NCBI GenBank assembly: GCA_016781885.1
Contig: JADDPM010000001.1
Coordinates: 1 to 39,378 of the forward strand
Direction of reading: 5' to 3'
DNA from: Rubrobacter sp.
GTDB taxonomy: Bacteria > Actinomycetota > Rubrobacteria > Rubrobacterales > Rubrobacteraceae
Length of the DNA stretch: 39,378 nucleotides
Part shown: piece after piece, positions 1 through 8,893 of the stretch
Layout of the letters: every line of letters starts with the position of its first letter
How positions within the stretch are numbered: the first letter of the stretch is position 1
Position numbers and translations under genes: made by a program
Notes under the pieces: generated by a model
Told to the model about the DNA's origin: nothing
The model's database searches: none
What the model saw: the letters and a program-made list of their open reading frames with translations, nothing else

Positions 1-1
1 T

Positions 2-316
2 GCCCGAAGCGGCGCTCCGGTCGAGATGTTCCGCAAACACTACGACAAGTACCTGAAGAACTACCGGGGTTACGTGGAGCTGGCCGAGGGGCTCTATCGG
101 AGGCGGGACGCCGGGGAGGTGCCGTCCGGGCCCGCGGAGCGCGAGTGGGAGGAGAAGCTGCGTCGGGTAGAGAGCGGCATAAAGAGGACTACCGCTAGGC
201 TGGATATCCTGGAGGGGCACAACACCGAGCTAGTGGCCGACGACGAACGCGTCTCCCGCCGCGCCGCCGTTGCTCGCAGGTACTCGGAGATCCAGAGGAA
301 CAGGCGGGGCCGCTAG
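2..316 (+). CDS. Hypothetical protein, probably truncated at the 5' window edge (helical/coiled-coil C-terminus)
   Basis: Frame is open from base 2 to TAG at 314-316, with codon usage like neighbouring genes; no family recognised. Confidence 0.55.
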   Translation, partial: ARSGAPVEMFRKHYDKYLKNYRGYVELAEGLYRRRDAGEVPSGPAEREWEEKLRRVESGIKRTTARLDILEGHNTELVADDERVSRRAAVARRYSEIQRNRRGR

Positions 317-407
317 GAACCCAAAGAGGCGACGGCTGGATCCTTTTATGCGGAGGTGCCAAGCTCGCACGCTTTCCCGGTGCGTCGAGCGCGCCGTACT
401 TCGAGGT

Positions 408-413
408 TAGAAT
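408..413 (+). promoter_or_regulatory. -10 element (TAGAAT) of a probable leaderless holA transcript
   Basis: TAGAAT ends 6 nt before ATG 420; no Shine-Dalgarno (SD) sequence in between. Confidence 0.55.
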
Positions 414-419
414 AAACGC

Positions 420-1346
420 ATGACCGTCTACCTCTTGCTCGGCGACGACGAGGAACGCAAGGCACGCGGCGTGGAGAAGCTTCGCGGGAACCGTGCTACC
501 GAGGTATACGACGCTGCCGAGACGAGCCCGGAGACGGTCGTCTCGGCCCTGAACTCCTACTCGCTCTTTGGGGATGGGCCGTTCGTCCTCGTAAGGAACC
601 TGGACGCCTGGAACGCTTCCCAGAAGGCCAGGATCCTAGGATACCTGGAGGATCCGTCCCCCGAAGCGGACCTCGTCATGCTCGGCGCGAAGCTCGGCGC
701 GCGAGAGAAGCTGCTCGCCGCCGTCAAGAAGGGGGGCGAGGTACACGACTTCAAACAACCGACCGGCAAGGCGCTCGCCCGCTGGGCAATAGGGTATGCG
801 AAGAAGCAGGGTTTGGAGTTGCCAGAGGATGTGGCCGAGGAGCTGGCGGCGCGCTGCTCGGACGACAAGGCGAGGGTATCGAGGGAGACGGAGAAGCTCG
901 CTCTCTACGCTGAGGGTGCGGCAACGATGGAGGACGTTGAAGTATTGTGCCCGCCGGACCTCCAGTCGAACATCTTCCAGTTCGTCGATGCTCTGGGTGT
1001 TGGGGATAGAGGACGGGCGCTGCATCTCCTCGAAGCGTTGCTAGGTACCGGCGAGCCGCCACTACGGATCTTGTACATGATCCGTCGCCAGTTCCGCCTA
1101 CTCGCCCGCGCCCGCTCGCTCCTGGAGGACGGTGCCCCACGCCCCGAGGTGGCGAGCATGCTCAAGGTCCCGCCGTTCGTCGCCCGCAAGCTCGAAGAGC
1201 AGACCCGGAAGATGGGGGAGGAGGACCTCGAACTGGCTCTTGCACTCGTGCTCGACCTCGAGCGTGGCCTCAAGGGCGGCAGCGACCTCGGGGACGAGCT
1301 TCAGGTAGAGTTAGCCGTATTCGCGCTCTCGGGTTTCGAGAGCTGA
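420..1346 (+). CDS. holA: DNA polymerase III delta subunit
   Basis: N-terminal VYLLLGDD, SLFG, E-x-E-KLALY and NIFQFVDAL motifs; converges on rpsT as usual. Confidence 0.93.
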   Translation: MTVYLLLGDDEERKARGVEKLRGNRATEVYDAAETSPETVVSALNSYSLFGDGPFVLVRNLDAWNASQKARILGYLEDPSPEADLVMLGAKLGAREKLLAAVKKGGEVHDFKQPTGKALARWAIGYAKKQGLELPEDVAEELAARCSDDKARVSRETEKLALYAEGAATMEDVEVLCPPDLQSNIFQFVDALGVGDRGRALHLLEALLGTGEPPLRILYMIRRQFRLLARARSLLEDGAPRPEVASMLKVPPFVARKLEEQTRKMGEEDLELALALVLDLERGLKGGSDLGDELQVELAVFALSGFES

Positions 1347-1376
1347 CTCTCCGCCGGCCATCCGAGTGACCAGGTT

Positions 1377-1922
1377 TTACCCTTGCTCGCGCCTCCATAG
1401 CCCCTGGGACGGCACGCGCAGGGCGCGGTTGAACTTGCTGGAGGCGTTCTCCCAGGCGATTATCTCGGTGAGCTCGACCAGGGCGTCATCACCGTAGAAC
1501 CGCCGCAGGCGCGAGAAGAGTTCGTCGCTCACCTCGCGATCGGTGATCGTCATACAGTCGGCATACTCGAGAGCGACACGCTCCTTCTCGCTGTAGAGCG
1601 GGCTGGTAGCGTATTCCTCCAGGGCGAGTATCTTCTCCTCAGGTATCCCCAGTTCGCTGCCCACGGCAGCGTTGATATCCTGTCAGAAGACGCAGCCGTT
1701 GAGGGCGGCGACTCGGCGGTTTATCAAGGCTGTAAGCCTACCGTCAATGAGGCCCGAGGAGTCGAGCCCCGCCCACATCGCCCGAGCTCCTCGAAAGATC
1801 GAGGGCCGGCGCGCGTAGAGCAGGTGGTTCAGGAGAGGAGCGCCCCACTTCTTGGCCTGGGCCTCGAGCACGGCCCTGACGTACCCTTCAGCGTGGTCTG
1901 GATCTATACCCCCGATACGCAT
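1377..1922 (-). CDS. AhpD/carboxymuconolactone decarboxylase-fold (YnjA-like) redox protein, probable selenoprotein with C77-V-F-U80 (181 aa with UGA readthrough)
   Basis: ORFs 1683..1922 and 1377..1664 share a frame and are separated only by TGA (1685-1683): ...ALNGCVF*QDINAAVGSELG...SPLYSEKERVALEYAD...ELTEIIAWENASSKFNRAL; the TGA falls at the second Cys of the family CxxC; a hairpin follows. Confidence 0.85.
1640..1682 (-). promoter_or_regulatory. Candidate bacterial SECIS element
   Basis: Immediately 3' of the UGA: lower stem CAGG(A)UAUC/GAUACCUG; upper stem CGCUGCC/GGCAGCG (1671-1655) with a G-first apical loop GUG starting 18 nt after the UGA. Confidence 0.65.
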
Positions 1923-1972
1923 CGCGGGCCCGGCTCTTTTCGTGCCCGCGATTGATCTACCGGAAACGCCTG

Positions 1973-2236
1973 CTAGCTCTCGCTCCCAGCTCCAGAGAGA
2001 GCCTTGTCGAGGCGGCTGGTCTTGCGGGCCGCCTTGTTCTTGTGGATGATGCCCTTCGTGGCGGCCTTGTCGTAGGACTTCTGGGCCTCGTCGCGGAGCT
2101 GGGTCGCCCGCTCGGTGTCGCCAGACTGGAGGACCTTGTAAAAGTTTTTTGAGATGTTGCGAAGGTGAGTACGCACGGGCTTGTTCTGCTCGTGCTTCCT
2201 GATGCTCTGCTTGTCGCGCTTGGATGGTGCGGGCAC
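1973..2236 (-). CDS. rpsT: 30S ribosomal protein S20
   Basis: DKAATKGIIHKNKAARKTSRL motif; GTG start at 2236 preceded by GAGGAG; the upstream ATG at 2305 is unlikely. Confidence 0.95.
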   Translation of the reverse strand: MPAPSKRDKQSIRKHEQNKPVRTHLRNISKNFYKVLQSGDTERATQLRDEAQKSYDKAATKGIIHKNKAARKTSRLDKALSGAGSES

Positions 2237-2276
2237 TCTCGAAGCTCCTCTTATCTCATTTCGTACAGACCGAGAG

Positions 2277-2305
2277 AATGTAACATATCGGGAACAAGAG
2301 GGCAA
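2277..2305 (-). promoter_or_regulatory. Sigma-A-type promoter of rpsT
   Basis: Minus strand TTGCCC-17 nt-TACATT with an extended TG; back to back with the lepA promoter. Confidence 0.55.
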
Positions 2306-2308
2306 TCA

Positions 2309-2317
2309 TGGTAGAAT
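2309..2317 (+). promoter_or_regulatory. Extended -10 (TGgTAGAAT) of a probable leaderless lepA transcript
   Basis: TAGAAT 2312-2317 ends 6 nt before GTG 2324. Confidence 0.55.
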
Positions 2318-2323
2318 CTGCTG

Positions 2324-4102
2324 GTGCAAAACATCGAGCGTACGCGCAACTTCTGCATAATCGCACATATTGATCACGGCAAGAGCACTCTGGCCGACCG
2401 GCTCCTTGACATCACCGAGGCGGTCCCGGAGCGGGACCGGATGGCCCAGATCCTGGATACGATGGACATCGAGCGGGAGCGGGGCATCACCATAAAGGCT
2501 CAGGCTGTGCGCGTCCTCTACCGACGGGACGACGGCGAGTGGACGCTGAACCTCATCGACACCCCGGGCCACGTGGACTTTTCCTACGAGGTCTCGCGAG
2601 CTATCGCGGCGTGCGAGGGGGCACTCCTCATCGTGGACGCGAGCCAGGGGATACAGGCCCAGACGCTCGCAAACCTGTATCTGGCGATGGAGCACGACCT
2701 GGAGATCATCCCGGTCCTAAACAAGATAGACTTGCCCGCCGCCGACGTGCCCGCCGTGACCGAGGAGCTAGTCGAGCTGTTGGGCGTGGACGAGTACGAC
2801 ATCATCAAGATCTCCGCGAAGACCGGTGAGGGAGTAAGGGACGTACTCGATGCGATCGTGGACCGCGTCCCGGCCCCGAAGACTACCCAGGAGGAGGCGC
2901 GAGGGCTTGTCTTCGACTCCTACTATGACCCGTACCGGGGCGTAGTCTCGCTGGTCCGCCTCGTGGACGGTGAGCTAAAGAAGGGCGACGAGGTCAAGGC
3001 GATGGGCTCCGAGGAGCGGTTCGAGCTACTGGAGGTCGGCTGCTACACGCCGAAGCCCACAGCACTCCCGGGGCTCTACGCGGGCGAGGTCGGCTACATC
3101 GTAGCGGGCCTGAAGGACATCGAGGCCCTGCGTGTCGGTGACACGGTGACGCGGGTGGAGAGCCCGGCCGAGGAGCCGCTGCCCGGTTACGCCCAGGTGC
3201 TCCCGATGGTCTTCAGCGGGCTCTACCCGACGGTGGGGGATGACTTCGAGCGGCTGCGAGAGGCTCTGGCGAAGCTGCAGCTCAACGACGCTTCGCTGTT
3301 CTTCGAGCCGGAGAACTCGCGGATGGGGTTCGGGTTCCGGTGCGGGTTTTTGGGGCTTCTTCACATGGAGATCGTGCAGGAGAGGCTTGAGAGGGAGTTC
3401 GATCTCGACCTCATCGCCTCGTCACCGAGCGTGCGGTATGAGGTTGTGGTCGAGGGTGAAGTACGTGAGATCACCAACCCCAGCGAGTTGCCGGAGTTCT
3501 ACGAGGAGATCCGGGAGCCCGTGGTGCGCGCCACGATCATAGGCCCGAAGGAGTACGTCGGCGCCGTTATGGGTCTCTGCCACGAGAGGCGTGGGCGTTC
3601 TATCGGGATGGAGTACATCTCGACGCGCAGAGTCCAGCTCACCTATGATCTGCCGCTCGCGGAGATCATCACCGACTTCTTCGACGCGCTGAAGAGCCGC
3701 ACTCGCGGCTACGCTTCTTTCGACTACGAGTTCAAGGAGTACGAGGCTTCAGATCTAGTAAAGGTCGAGGTCTTGGTCTCGGGGGAGCCGGTCGACGCGC
3801 TCTCGATCATCGTCCACCGCGACAAGGCGTACTACCGGGGGCGGGCTCTCACGGAGAAGCTCAAGGAGCTGATCCCGCGCCAGCAATTCGAGGTACCGGT
3901 GCAGGCGACGATGGGGAAGCGTGTGATCGCGCGCGAGACCGTCCGCGCCTACCGCAAAGACGTTACCGCGAAGTGCTACGGCGGCGACATCTCCCGCAAG
4001 CGCAAGCTGCTGGAGCAGCAAAAGAAGGGCAAGAAGCGAATGAAGCAGGTCGGGAGCGTGGAGATACCGCAGGAGGCGTTCCTGGCGGCTTTGAGGATCT
4101 GA
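2324..4102 (+). CDS. lepA: Translation elongation factor 4 (LepA)
   Basis: [42 protein letters not shown] and [14 protein letters not shown] motifs. Confidence 0.99.
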   Translation: MQNIERTRNFCIIAHIDHGKSTLADRLLDITEAVPERDRMAQILDTMDIERERGITIKAQAVRVLYRRDDGEWTLNLIDTPGHVDFSYEVSRAIAACEGALLIVDASQGIQAQTLANLYLAMEHDLEIIPVLNKIDLPAADVPAVTEELVELLGVDEYDIIKISAKTGEGVRDVLDAIVDRVPAPKTTQEEARGLVFDSYYDPYRGVVSLVRLVDGELKKGDEVKAMGSEERFELLEVGCYTPKPTALPGLYAGEVGYIVAGLKDIEALRVGDTVTRVESPAEEPLPGYAQVLPMVFSGLYPTVGDDFERLREALAKLQLNDASLFFEPENSRMGFGFRCGFLGLLHMEIVQERLEREFDLDLIASSPSVRYEVVVEGEVREITNPSELPEFYEEIREPVVRATIIGPKEYVGAVMGLCHERRGRSIGMEYISTRRVQLTYDLPLAEIITDFFDALKSRTRGYASFDYEFKEYEASDLVKVEVLVSGEPVDALSIIVHRDKAYYRGRALTEKLKELIPRQQFEVPVQATMGKRVIARETVRAYRKDVTAKCYGGDISRKRKLLEQQKKGKKRMKQVGSVEIPQEAFLAALRI

Positions 4103-4149
4103 GGGGACCGTAAAGTTGCCCTCTCTGGAGCCGGAGCGGACGGCCCTCG

Positions 4150-4158
4150 TGTTAAAAT
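4150..4158 (+). promoter_or_regulatory. Extended -10 (TGtTAAAAT) of a probable leaderless hrcA transcript
   Basis: TAAAAT 4153-4158 ends 7 nt before ATG 4166. Confidence 0.55.
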
Positions 4159-4165
4159 CCCGTGC

Positions 4166-5194
4166 ATGATGATCTCCGCCAGACAGCACGAGATACTGGT
4201 TAAGACGCTAGAGATGTACATCCAGACGGGCGTCCCCGTAGGCAGTGCGGCGCTTGCGGACGCGGTTAGTGTGAGCAGCTCGACGATCCGCTCGGAGCTG
4301 GCCACGCTTGAAGCCGAGGGACTCTTGACCCATCCTCACACCTCCGCCGGCCGCGTACCGACCGACGCCGGCTACCGCTACTACGTTAATACCCTTATGG
4401 CCGAGGACCATTCCGGGGCTTCGCCGGGAGAGGGGATGCCGTTCCGGGCCCCGGAGGGCTACGGTAACGTGGACGAGTTGCTGCAGGGGGTCTCCGAGGG
4501 GATGAGTGAGGTAACGCGCCTCTTGGCGGTGGTCGCTGGACCTTCAGCTCTAGGGGACTCGGTAGCCCGGGTGGATCGCCTGCCGCTCCGCGAGGGGGCG
4601 CATCTCATAGTGGTCTCGACGGAGAGCGGCCTCTCGACGAGCACGACCATAACCCTCCCCTCCTACGTCGAAGAGGAGGAGCTGCGCGAGATTCTGGCCT
4701 CCCTCAATACTTACCTTGGCGACCGGCCTGCAGGCGCGAATCCTCTAGCAACCGTTCGCAGCTTCCTCGCCGACTACAACCCGCTCGCAGTGGGCGCGGT
4801 CCTGGAGGCCGTCGAGATCCTGGGAAGAGCTACGGAGCGGGGCCTCTTTATTCGGGGGGCTTCGGCGCTGCTCGCTCGTCTCGACGACCTGGATCCAGCG
4901 AGCCTCTCGGCGGTCGTGGAGGTCTTCGAGCGCAGGCGTTGGCTCCTGAAGCTGGTCGGTGACGCCCTGGAGAGATCCGTGTCCAGCAGCGGGGTGGTCG
5001 TCTCGATCGGAGTTGAGTCGGGTTTCTACAACCTGGTGAACACGAGCCTCGTAGCCGCCGCCTACAACCACCGCGAGCGTCCCTACGGCGTTGTGACCCT
5101 TATAGGCCCGAAGCGGATGGAGTACGACGCTGCTATCTCGACGGTCCGCTCGGCTGCCGAGGCTCTGACCCAACACCTGGACTCGAGGTTCTAG
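4166..5194 (+). CDS. hrcA: Heat-inducible transcription repressor HrcA
   Basis: PVGS, SSSTIR, HPHTSAGRVPTDAGYRYYV and IGPKRMEY motifs. Confidence 0.97.
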   Translation: MMISARQHEILVKTLEMYIQTGVPVGSAALADAVSVSSSTIRSELATLEAEGLLTHPHTSAGRVPTDAGYRYYVNTLMAEDHSGASPGEGMPFRAPEGYGNVDELLQGVSEGMSEVTRLLAVVAGPSALGDSVARVDRLPLREGAHLIVVSTESGLSTSTTITLPSYVEEEELREILASLNTYLGDRPAGANPLATVRSFLADYNPLAVGAVLEAVEILGRATERGLFIRGASALLARLDDLDPASLSAVVEVFERRRWLLKLVGDALERSVSSSGVVVSIGVESGFYNLVNTSLVAAAYNHRERPYGVVTLIGPKRMEYDAAISTVRSAAEALTQHLDSRF

Positions 5195-5200
5195 CGCAGC

Positions 5201-6346
5201 TTGGCGAGCAAGCGCGACTACTACGAGGTACTCGGACTCTCCCGCGAGGCCTCGGAGACGGAGATAAAGAAAGCGTACCGCAGGCTAGCCCGCGAGCACC
5301 ACCCCGACGCCAACCCCGGCGATCAGGGCGCGGAGGACCGCTTCAAAGAGCTTACCGAGGCCTACGAAGTCCTCTCCAACACCCAGGCGCGACAGGCCTA
5401 CGACACCTACGGTCACCAGGTTCCTCGCGACGCGGGCCAGGGCGGAGCACCCGGCGGCGACCCGTTCGGCGGCTTCCAGGATATCTTCGAGACCTTTTTC
5501 GGTGACCGCTTCGGCGAGAGCGGTTTCGGCTCCTTCTTCGGCGGCACCGGAGCCCGCGCCCCGAGCCGTGGCGGTGACGCTGAAGTAGAGATCGATCTCA
5601 CGCTCCGGGAGGCGGCATCCGAAACAGAACGTGAACTTAAAGTTCAGATCGTAAAAGAGTGTTCCATATGTAGTGGAGCTGGGGGGACGGAGACACGCCA
5701 GTGCGGTACTTGCGGCGGGGCTGGGGCGGTTAGGACGGTCAGGCAGAGCTTGCTGGGCCAGATGGTGAGCACGCAGGCGTGTTCCACGTGCAGCGGGCGT
5801 GGGAGTATCATCATCGTCGAATGTGATAACTGCCGGGGGAGCGGGCGGGTCGCGGAGGTAGTGACGCGACGGATACAGATCCCCGCCGGTATCGAGGACG
5901 GGATGAGTATAAGGGTCACGGGCGGCGGCCACGCCGGGGAGAGAGGTGCCCCAGCGGGGGATCTATACGTTAGGGTAAGAGTCAAGGAAGATACCGAGTT
6001 GATGCGGGACGGCGACGATCTGATCCACCGTATGCAGGTCAGCTTCGTCGAGGCCGCCCTGGGTACGGAGGCGGAGGTGCCTGCGCTCGACGGGAGCAGG
6101 GCTGTGCGGATAGAGCCCGGCACGCAGCCGGGAGCCACGCTCACCCTGCGTGGAGAGGGGATGCCGCGTCTCAGGCGCCGCGGGCGAGGGGACCTCAAGG
6201 TCGTCGTGGACGTAATGGTGCCGACCCGGCTCAGTGGCGAGCAGCGGGAGTTGTTGAGGCGCTTCGAGGAGATCAGCGGCGAGGAGACGTACAACAACGG
6301 CGGCGGTGAGTCCTTCTTCGACCGGCTCAGGAGCGTCTTCCGGTAG
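5201..6346 (+). CDS. dnaJ: Chaperone DnaJ
   Basis: J domain with HPD, G/F-rich region, four CxxCxGxG repeats. Confidence 0.98.
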   Translation: MASKRDYYEVLGLSREASETEIKKAYRRLAREHHPDANPGDQGAEDRFKELTEAYEVLSNTQARQAYDTYGHQVPRDAGQGGAPGGDPFGGFQDIFETFFGDRFGESGFGSFFGGTGARAPSRGGDAEVEIDLTLREAASETERELKVQIVKECSICSGAGGTETRQCGTCGGAGAVRTVRQSLLGQMVSTQACSTCSGRGSIIIVECDNCRGSGRVAEVVTRRIQIPAGIEDGMSIRVTGGGHAGERGAPAGDLYVRVRVKEDTELMRDGDDLIHRMQVSFVEAALGTEAEVPALDGSRAVRIEPGTQPGATLTLRGEGMPRLRRRGRGDLKVVVDVMVPTRLSGEQRELLRRFEEISGEETYNNGGGESFFDRLRSVFR

Positions 6347-7075
6347 GTGGAGATCACCCGCGTCTTCTACCGCTCGCCTCTGGAGACTGGTGAATCTTTG
6401 CGTCTCTCGGAGAGGGAGAGGCATCACGTCTATAAGGTCTTGCGGGGCCGCGCAGGGGACAGGATCGAGGTCGTGGATAGCGTGGGAAGGCTCTTCGTCG
6501 CCGAGCTCATCGGAGACGGGGAGGCGAAGGTGTTGGAGGAACGGACTACCTCCGGCGGCGAAGAGGGGGAAGTTACCTTATATCAGGCGGTCCCGAAAGG
6601 TCGGCACATGGACCTTGTCGTCGAGAAAGCGACCGAACTCGGGGTTGGGCGCATCGTGCCGCTCATGACGGAGCGAGGCGTGGTTAGGCTCTCGGAGGGG
6701 GACGGCAAGGTAGGGCGGTGGCGGCGGGTGGCCGGGGCCGCGGCCCGGCAGTCCCTGCGGCTCCGGATACCGGAGGTCACGGAGGCAGTCTCCTTCTCAG
6801 AGGCGGTGCGTGAGGCGGGAGAGAGGGGGATTCTCTTGCACAACGAGGCGGGTCTGCCGCCTCTGGAGGACGTGGTGGCGGGCGGAGAGGTTGGCATGTT
6901 GGTGGGACCCGAGGGGGGGGTCAGTGAGGGGGAGTTGGAGGTGGCGCGAGTGGCCGGTCTCTCGCTGGCGTCCCTCGGGACGTACAGGTTGCGGAGCGAG
7001 ACGGCGGGGATTGTGGCGGTAGCGCGGGCCTGCGCCGTGTTGGAACGAGCGAAGAGTGTTGGGAGGAGCCGATGA
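6347..7075 (+). CDS. rsmE: 16S rRNA m3U1498 methyltransferase
   Basis: HVYKVLR, EKATELGV, VGPEGG and LRSETA motifs. Confidence 0.96.
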   Translation: MEITRVFYRSPLETGESLRLSERERHHVYKVLRGRAGDRIEVVDSVGRLFVAELIGDGEAKVLEERTTSGGEEGEVTLYQAVPKGRHMDLVVEKATELGVGRIVPLMTERGVVRLSEGDGKVGRWRRVAGAAARQSLRLRIPEVTEAVSFSEAVREAGERGILLHNEAGLPPLEDVVAGGEVGMLVGPEGGVSEGELEVARVAGLSLASLGTYRLRSETAGIVAVARACAVLERAKSVGRSR

Positions 7076-7416
7076 GTGAGAACGATTGCGTGTTCTGCCA
7101 GATAGTGCGTGGGGAGATGGACTCGGAGGTGGTACACGACGAGGAGGAGGTGCTGGCCTTTCAGGACATCGGGGGGCAGGCACCGGTGCATGTGCTCGTT
7201 ATACCCAAGCAGCATATCTCGTCGCTCGCGGAGATCGGGGACGTCTCGGACGGCGTGGCGAAGCGCCTCCTCGAGGTTGCCCATGAGGTGGCGAAGAAGA
7301 TGGACGTCGCCGAGTCGGGGTACGCTTTCAGGATCAACAACGGCCCGGACTCGGGCCAGGAGGTCTTCCACCTGCACGCGCACGTGATGGGCGGCAGGAA
7401 GCTGGAGATGCCGTGA
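7072..7416 (+). CDS. Histidine triad (HIT/HinT) nucleotide-binding protein
   Basis: DCVFCQI start and GQEVFHLHAHVMGG triad. Confidence 0.95.
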   Translation: MSENDCVFCQIVRGEMDSEVVHDEEEVLAFQDIGGQAPVHVLVIPKQHISSLAEIGDVSDGVAKRLLEVAHEVAKKMDVAESGYAFRINNGPDSGQEVFHLHAHVMGGRKLEMP

Positions 7417-7859
7417 GCATACGGGACGACATCTCGCGCGACACAAAGGAGGGGATGAAGGGCCGGGACAGGCCCCGCGTCGAGGCCCTTCGCATGCTCA
7501 GCTCTGCGCTGAAGAACGCCGAGATCGAGGAGGGTAGACCCCTCAGCGAGGAAGAGGAGATGGCGATCCTCAGGCGCCAGCTAAAACAGCGCGAGGAGTC
7601 CGCCGAGGCTTTCCGAAAGGCCGGACGCGAGGAGCAGGCCCGGGCCGAGGAGGCGGAGGCGGAAATCATACGCGGCTATCTCCCCGCTCCGCTCTCCGAC
7701 GAGGAGTTGAAGACGATCGTCGAGGAGGCGATAAACGAGACGGGTGCGACGAGCATGCGGGAGATGGGTACCGTGATGGGCCGGGCGAATGCGATCGCCG
7801 GGAACCGGGCGGACGGTAGGAGGCTCTCCCAGCTCGTGCGGACACGGTTGCAGGGGTAG
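7413..7859 (+). CDS. GatB/YqeY domain protein
   Basis: KQREES..F.KAGR, YLP and MREMG.VM motifs; usual position before phoH. Confidence 0.93.
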   Translation: MSIRDDISRDTKEGMKGRDRPRVEALRMLSSALKNAEIEEGRPLSEEEEMAILRRQLKQREESAEAFRKAGREEQARAEEAEAEIIRGYLPAPLSDEELKTIVEEAINETGATSMREMGTVMGRANAIAGNRADGRRLSQLVRTRLQG

Positions 7860-7903
7860 AATGCAGGCGCGATACAAGGTTAGACCGAGGAGGGAGCACG
7901 GAC

Positions 7904-8875
7904 ATTACTTCTAGCAATCAGGTAGAGGCCAAGCTGGTCGTGCCGCCGGGGCGGATGCTGGAGGTCTTTGGAGACCGGGACGCGGTGTTGCGGCGGGTCG
8001 AGGAGCTCGTGGAGTGCGAGGTGATCGTGCGGGGAAACGAGATCCTCTTGCACGGCGACGAGGCCGCGGTCGAGAGAGCCGAGGCGGTCTTCGACGGGCT
8101 CGTGGGCCTCGCGGAGGCCGGTAATCACCCGACGCCCGAGACTGCCGAGCGGCTCTACAGGATGGGTGCCGGCGGGGGCGGTAAGGAGGTCTTAGGTGAC
8201 GTCATCGTCTCGCATCGGGGACGTCGCGTGGCGCCGAAGACCCGTAACCAGAAGGCCTATACCGACGCCATTCGCCAGAACCAGGTCGTCTTCGGTAGCG
8301 GGCCGGCGGGGACCGGGAAGACTTACCTCGCGGTGGCCCTGGCGGTCGATGCGCTCAACAGGGGAGAGGTCACCAGGATCATCCTGACCCGGCCGGCGGT
8401 CGAGGCGGGGGAGTCGCTCGGATTTTTACCAGGAGACGTGATGGCGAAGGTCGACCCGTACTTCAGGCCGCTCTATGACGCCCTATATGAGATGATCGAT
8501 CCGGCCAAGTTCCAGGCGCACCTGGAGCGGGGTATAATCGAGATCGCACCTTTGGCGTTCATGAGAGGCCGTACCTTGAACGACGCGTTCGTCATCTTGG
8601 ATGAGGCGCAGAACACGACGCCGCAGCAGATGAAGATGTTCCTCACGCGGCTCGGTTTCGGCTCGAAGATGGTCATAACCGGGGATACAACCCAGGTAGA
8701 CCTGCCGAAGGGGACGTCGAGCGGTCTGGAGGACGCCCAGAGGAAACTTACTGGCGTCGAGGGCGTCTCCTTCGTACGCCTCAAGCGCGACGACATCGTG
8801 CGTAGCGACCTCGTAATGCGGATCGTGGACGCCTACGAGGTAGTGGCCGGCGAGCCCTCCGGGGTCAGGGGATAG
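7904..8875 (+). CDS. phoH: PhoH-like ATPase (start uncertain: ATT 7904 or GTG 7940)
   Basis: GPAGTGKT, TRPAVEAGESLGFLPG, RGRT and DEAQN motifs; strong SD 7 nt upstream of the in-frame ATT. Confidence 0.95.
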   Translation: MTSSNQVEAKLVVPPGRMLEVFGDRDAVLRRVEELVECEVIVRGNEILLHGDEAAVERAEAVFDGLVGLAEAGNHPTPETAERLYRMGAGGGGKEVLGDVIVSHRGRRVAPKTRNQKAYTDAIRQNQVVFGSGPAGTGKTYLAVALAVDALNRGEVTRIILTRPAVEAGESLGFLPGDVMAKVDPYFRPLYDALYEMIDPAKFQAHLERGIIEIAPLAFMRGRTLNDAFVILDEAQNTTPQQMKMFLTRLGFGSKMVITGDTTQVDLPKGTSSGLEDAQRKLTGVEGVSFVRLKRDDIVRSDLVMRIVDAYEVVAGEPSGVRG

Positions 8876-8893
8876 GCGGTCCCGGGGGCGGAG

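Noticed and set aside
1377-1922. Two separate small genes, or a nonsense pseudogene
   Set aside because: Same frame, the TGA sits exactly at the CxxC Cys position, a SECIS-like hairpin follows and there is no other decay; a pseudogene is less likely but not excluded
4103-4165. CIRCE operator upstream of hrcA
   Set aside because: No TTAGCACTC-N9-GAGTGCTAA-like inverted repeat is visible
6913-6920. G8 tract in rsmE as a phase-variation site
   Set aside because: It encodes the conserved GPEGG motif in an intact housekeeping gene and is expected in high-GC DNA
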